From Octopus sinensis (lineage: Eukaryota), in the NCBI RefSeq assembly GCF_006345805.1, contig NW_021836956.1, positions 1-22,739 of the forward strand: 22,739 nucleotides of DNA. Reading direction: 5' to 3'. The notes beneath the pieces are model-generated. The model saw nothing but the letters and a program-made list of their open reading frames with translations, did no database searches and was not told the DNA's origin. The position numbers and the translations under genes are program-made. Position 1 is the stretch's first letter. The number at the start of each line of letters is the position of its first letter. Positions 21,410 through 22,739 of the stretch are shown in pieces.

Positions 21410-21825
21410 TTCTCTCTCTTTTACTATTTTACTTGTTTCAGTCATTTGACTGCGGCCATGCTGGAGCACCGCCTTTAGTCGAGCAACTCGACCCCGGGAC
21501 TTATTCTTTTGTAAGCCCAGTACTTATTCTATCGGTCTCTTTTGCCGAACCGCTAAGTAACGGGGACATAAACACACCAGCATCGGTTGTCAAGCGATGT
21601 TGGGGGGGACAAACACACACACAAACATACACACACACATACATATATATATATACATATATACGATGGCTTCTTTCAGTTTCCGTCTACCAAATCCACT
21701 CACAAGGCATTGTCTGCCCGAGGCTATAAGTAGAAGACACTTGCCCAAGGTGCCACGCAGTGGAACTGAACCCGGAACCATGTGGTTGGTTAGCAAGCTA
21801 CTTACCACACAGCCACTCCTGCGCC
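21410..21825 (-). mobile_element. Full-length SINE family A, array copy 1
   Basis: Head GGCGCAGGAG-TGGCTGTGTGG (A box 21805-21815), GGTTCAGTTCC (B box-like 21762-21772), CORE-like GGCACCTTGGGCAAGTGTCTT, internal (TA/CA) tract, tail ...GACTGAAACAAGTAAAA. Confidence 0.92.
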
Positions 21826-21870
21826 TACCGTTTAATCACCTTTAAAAATCGAAGCGAAATTCAAGACTAT

Positions 21871-22090
21871 TACTCTTTACTCTTTTACTCTTTTACTTGT
21901 TTCAGTCATTTGACTGCGGCCATGCTGGAGCACCGCCTTTAGTCGAGCAAATCGACCCCGGGACTTACTCTTTGCAAGCCCAGTACTCATTCTATCGGTC
22001 TCCCCTGCCGAACCGCCAAGTGACGGGGACGTAAACACACCAGCATCGGTTGTCAAGCGATGTTGGGGGGGACAAACACACACACAACAT

Positions 22091-22121
<31 letters not shown>

Positions 22122-22294
22122 GATTACGATAGGCTTCTTTCAGTTTCCGTCTACCAAATCCACTCACAAGGCATTGGTCGGCCCGAGGCTATATAGTAGA
22201 CGACACTTGCCCAAGGTGGCCACGCAGTGGAACTGAACCCGGAACCATGTGGTTGGTTAGCAGCAGCTACTTACCACACAGCCACTCCTGCGCC
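21871..22294 (-). mobile_element. Full-length SINE family A, array copy 2 (chimeric)
   Basis: Same structure as copy 1, separated from it by a ~45 bp spacer TACCGTTTAATCACCTTTAAAAATCGAAGCGAAATTCAAGACTA. Confidence 0.92.
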
Positions 22295-22338
22295 TACCGT
22301 TTAACACCCTTAAAAATCGAAGCGAAAATCAAGACTAG

Positions 22339-22739
22339 TACTCTTACTCTTTACTCTTTTACTGTTTCAGTCATTTGACTGCGGCCATGCTGAGCACCGC
22401 CTTTAGTCGAGCCAAATCGACCCCGGGACTTACTCTTTGCAAGCCCAGTACTCATCTATACGGTCTCCCCTGCCGAACCGCCAAGTGACGGGGACGTAAA
22501 CACACAGCATCGGTTGTCAAGCAATGCTAGGGGACAAACAGACACACAAACCACACACACATATATATACATATATACATATATATGACGGGCTTCTTTC
22601 AGTTTCCGTCAACCAAATCCACCCACAAGGCATTTGTCGGCTTGGGGCTATAGCAGAAGACACTTGCCAAAGATGCCACGCAGTGGGACTGAACTCGGAA
22701 CCATGTGGTTGGCCAGCAAGCCACCTACCACACAGCCAC
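22339..22739 (-). mobile_element. SINE family A, array copy 3 (head runs off the window end)
   Basis: Same structure, preceded by a second copy of the ~45 bp spacer (22295-22338). Confidence 0.9.

Overview
Eukaryotic, repeat-saturated non-genic DNA. The SINE families and microsatellite load look like an octopus/cephalopod genome (recognised from memory, not searched). No host gene exon could be supported. The main feature is an apparently full-length ~6.1 kb Tx1/L1-type non-LTR retrotransposon on the minus strand (about 10545-16635). It carries ORF1 with a CCHC knuckle and ORF2 with APE endonuclease, reverse transcriptase and C-terminal CCHC domains, both broken almost only by 1-4 nt indels. 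It sits inside a (GATA)n/(TATC)n microsatellite, and two ~143 bp copies of the same 3' end (17592-17942) also sit in (TATC)n in the same relative orientation. Together these point to a (TATC)n-targeting retrotransposon family. The rest of the window holds several tRNA-derived SINE families (including a three-copy array whose middle copy is a recombinant chimera), a decayed pogo-type transposase folded by a 117 bp inverted duplication, a Tc1 5' fragment, a Helentron/HINE-like 3' end, a 14 bp minisatellite and many microsatellites. All alignments, counts and translations were done by eye.
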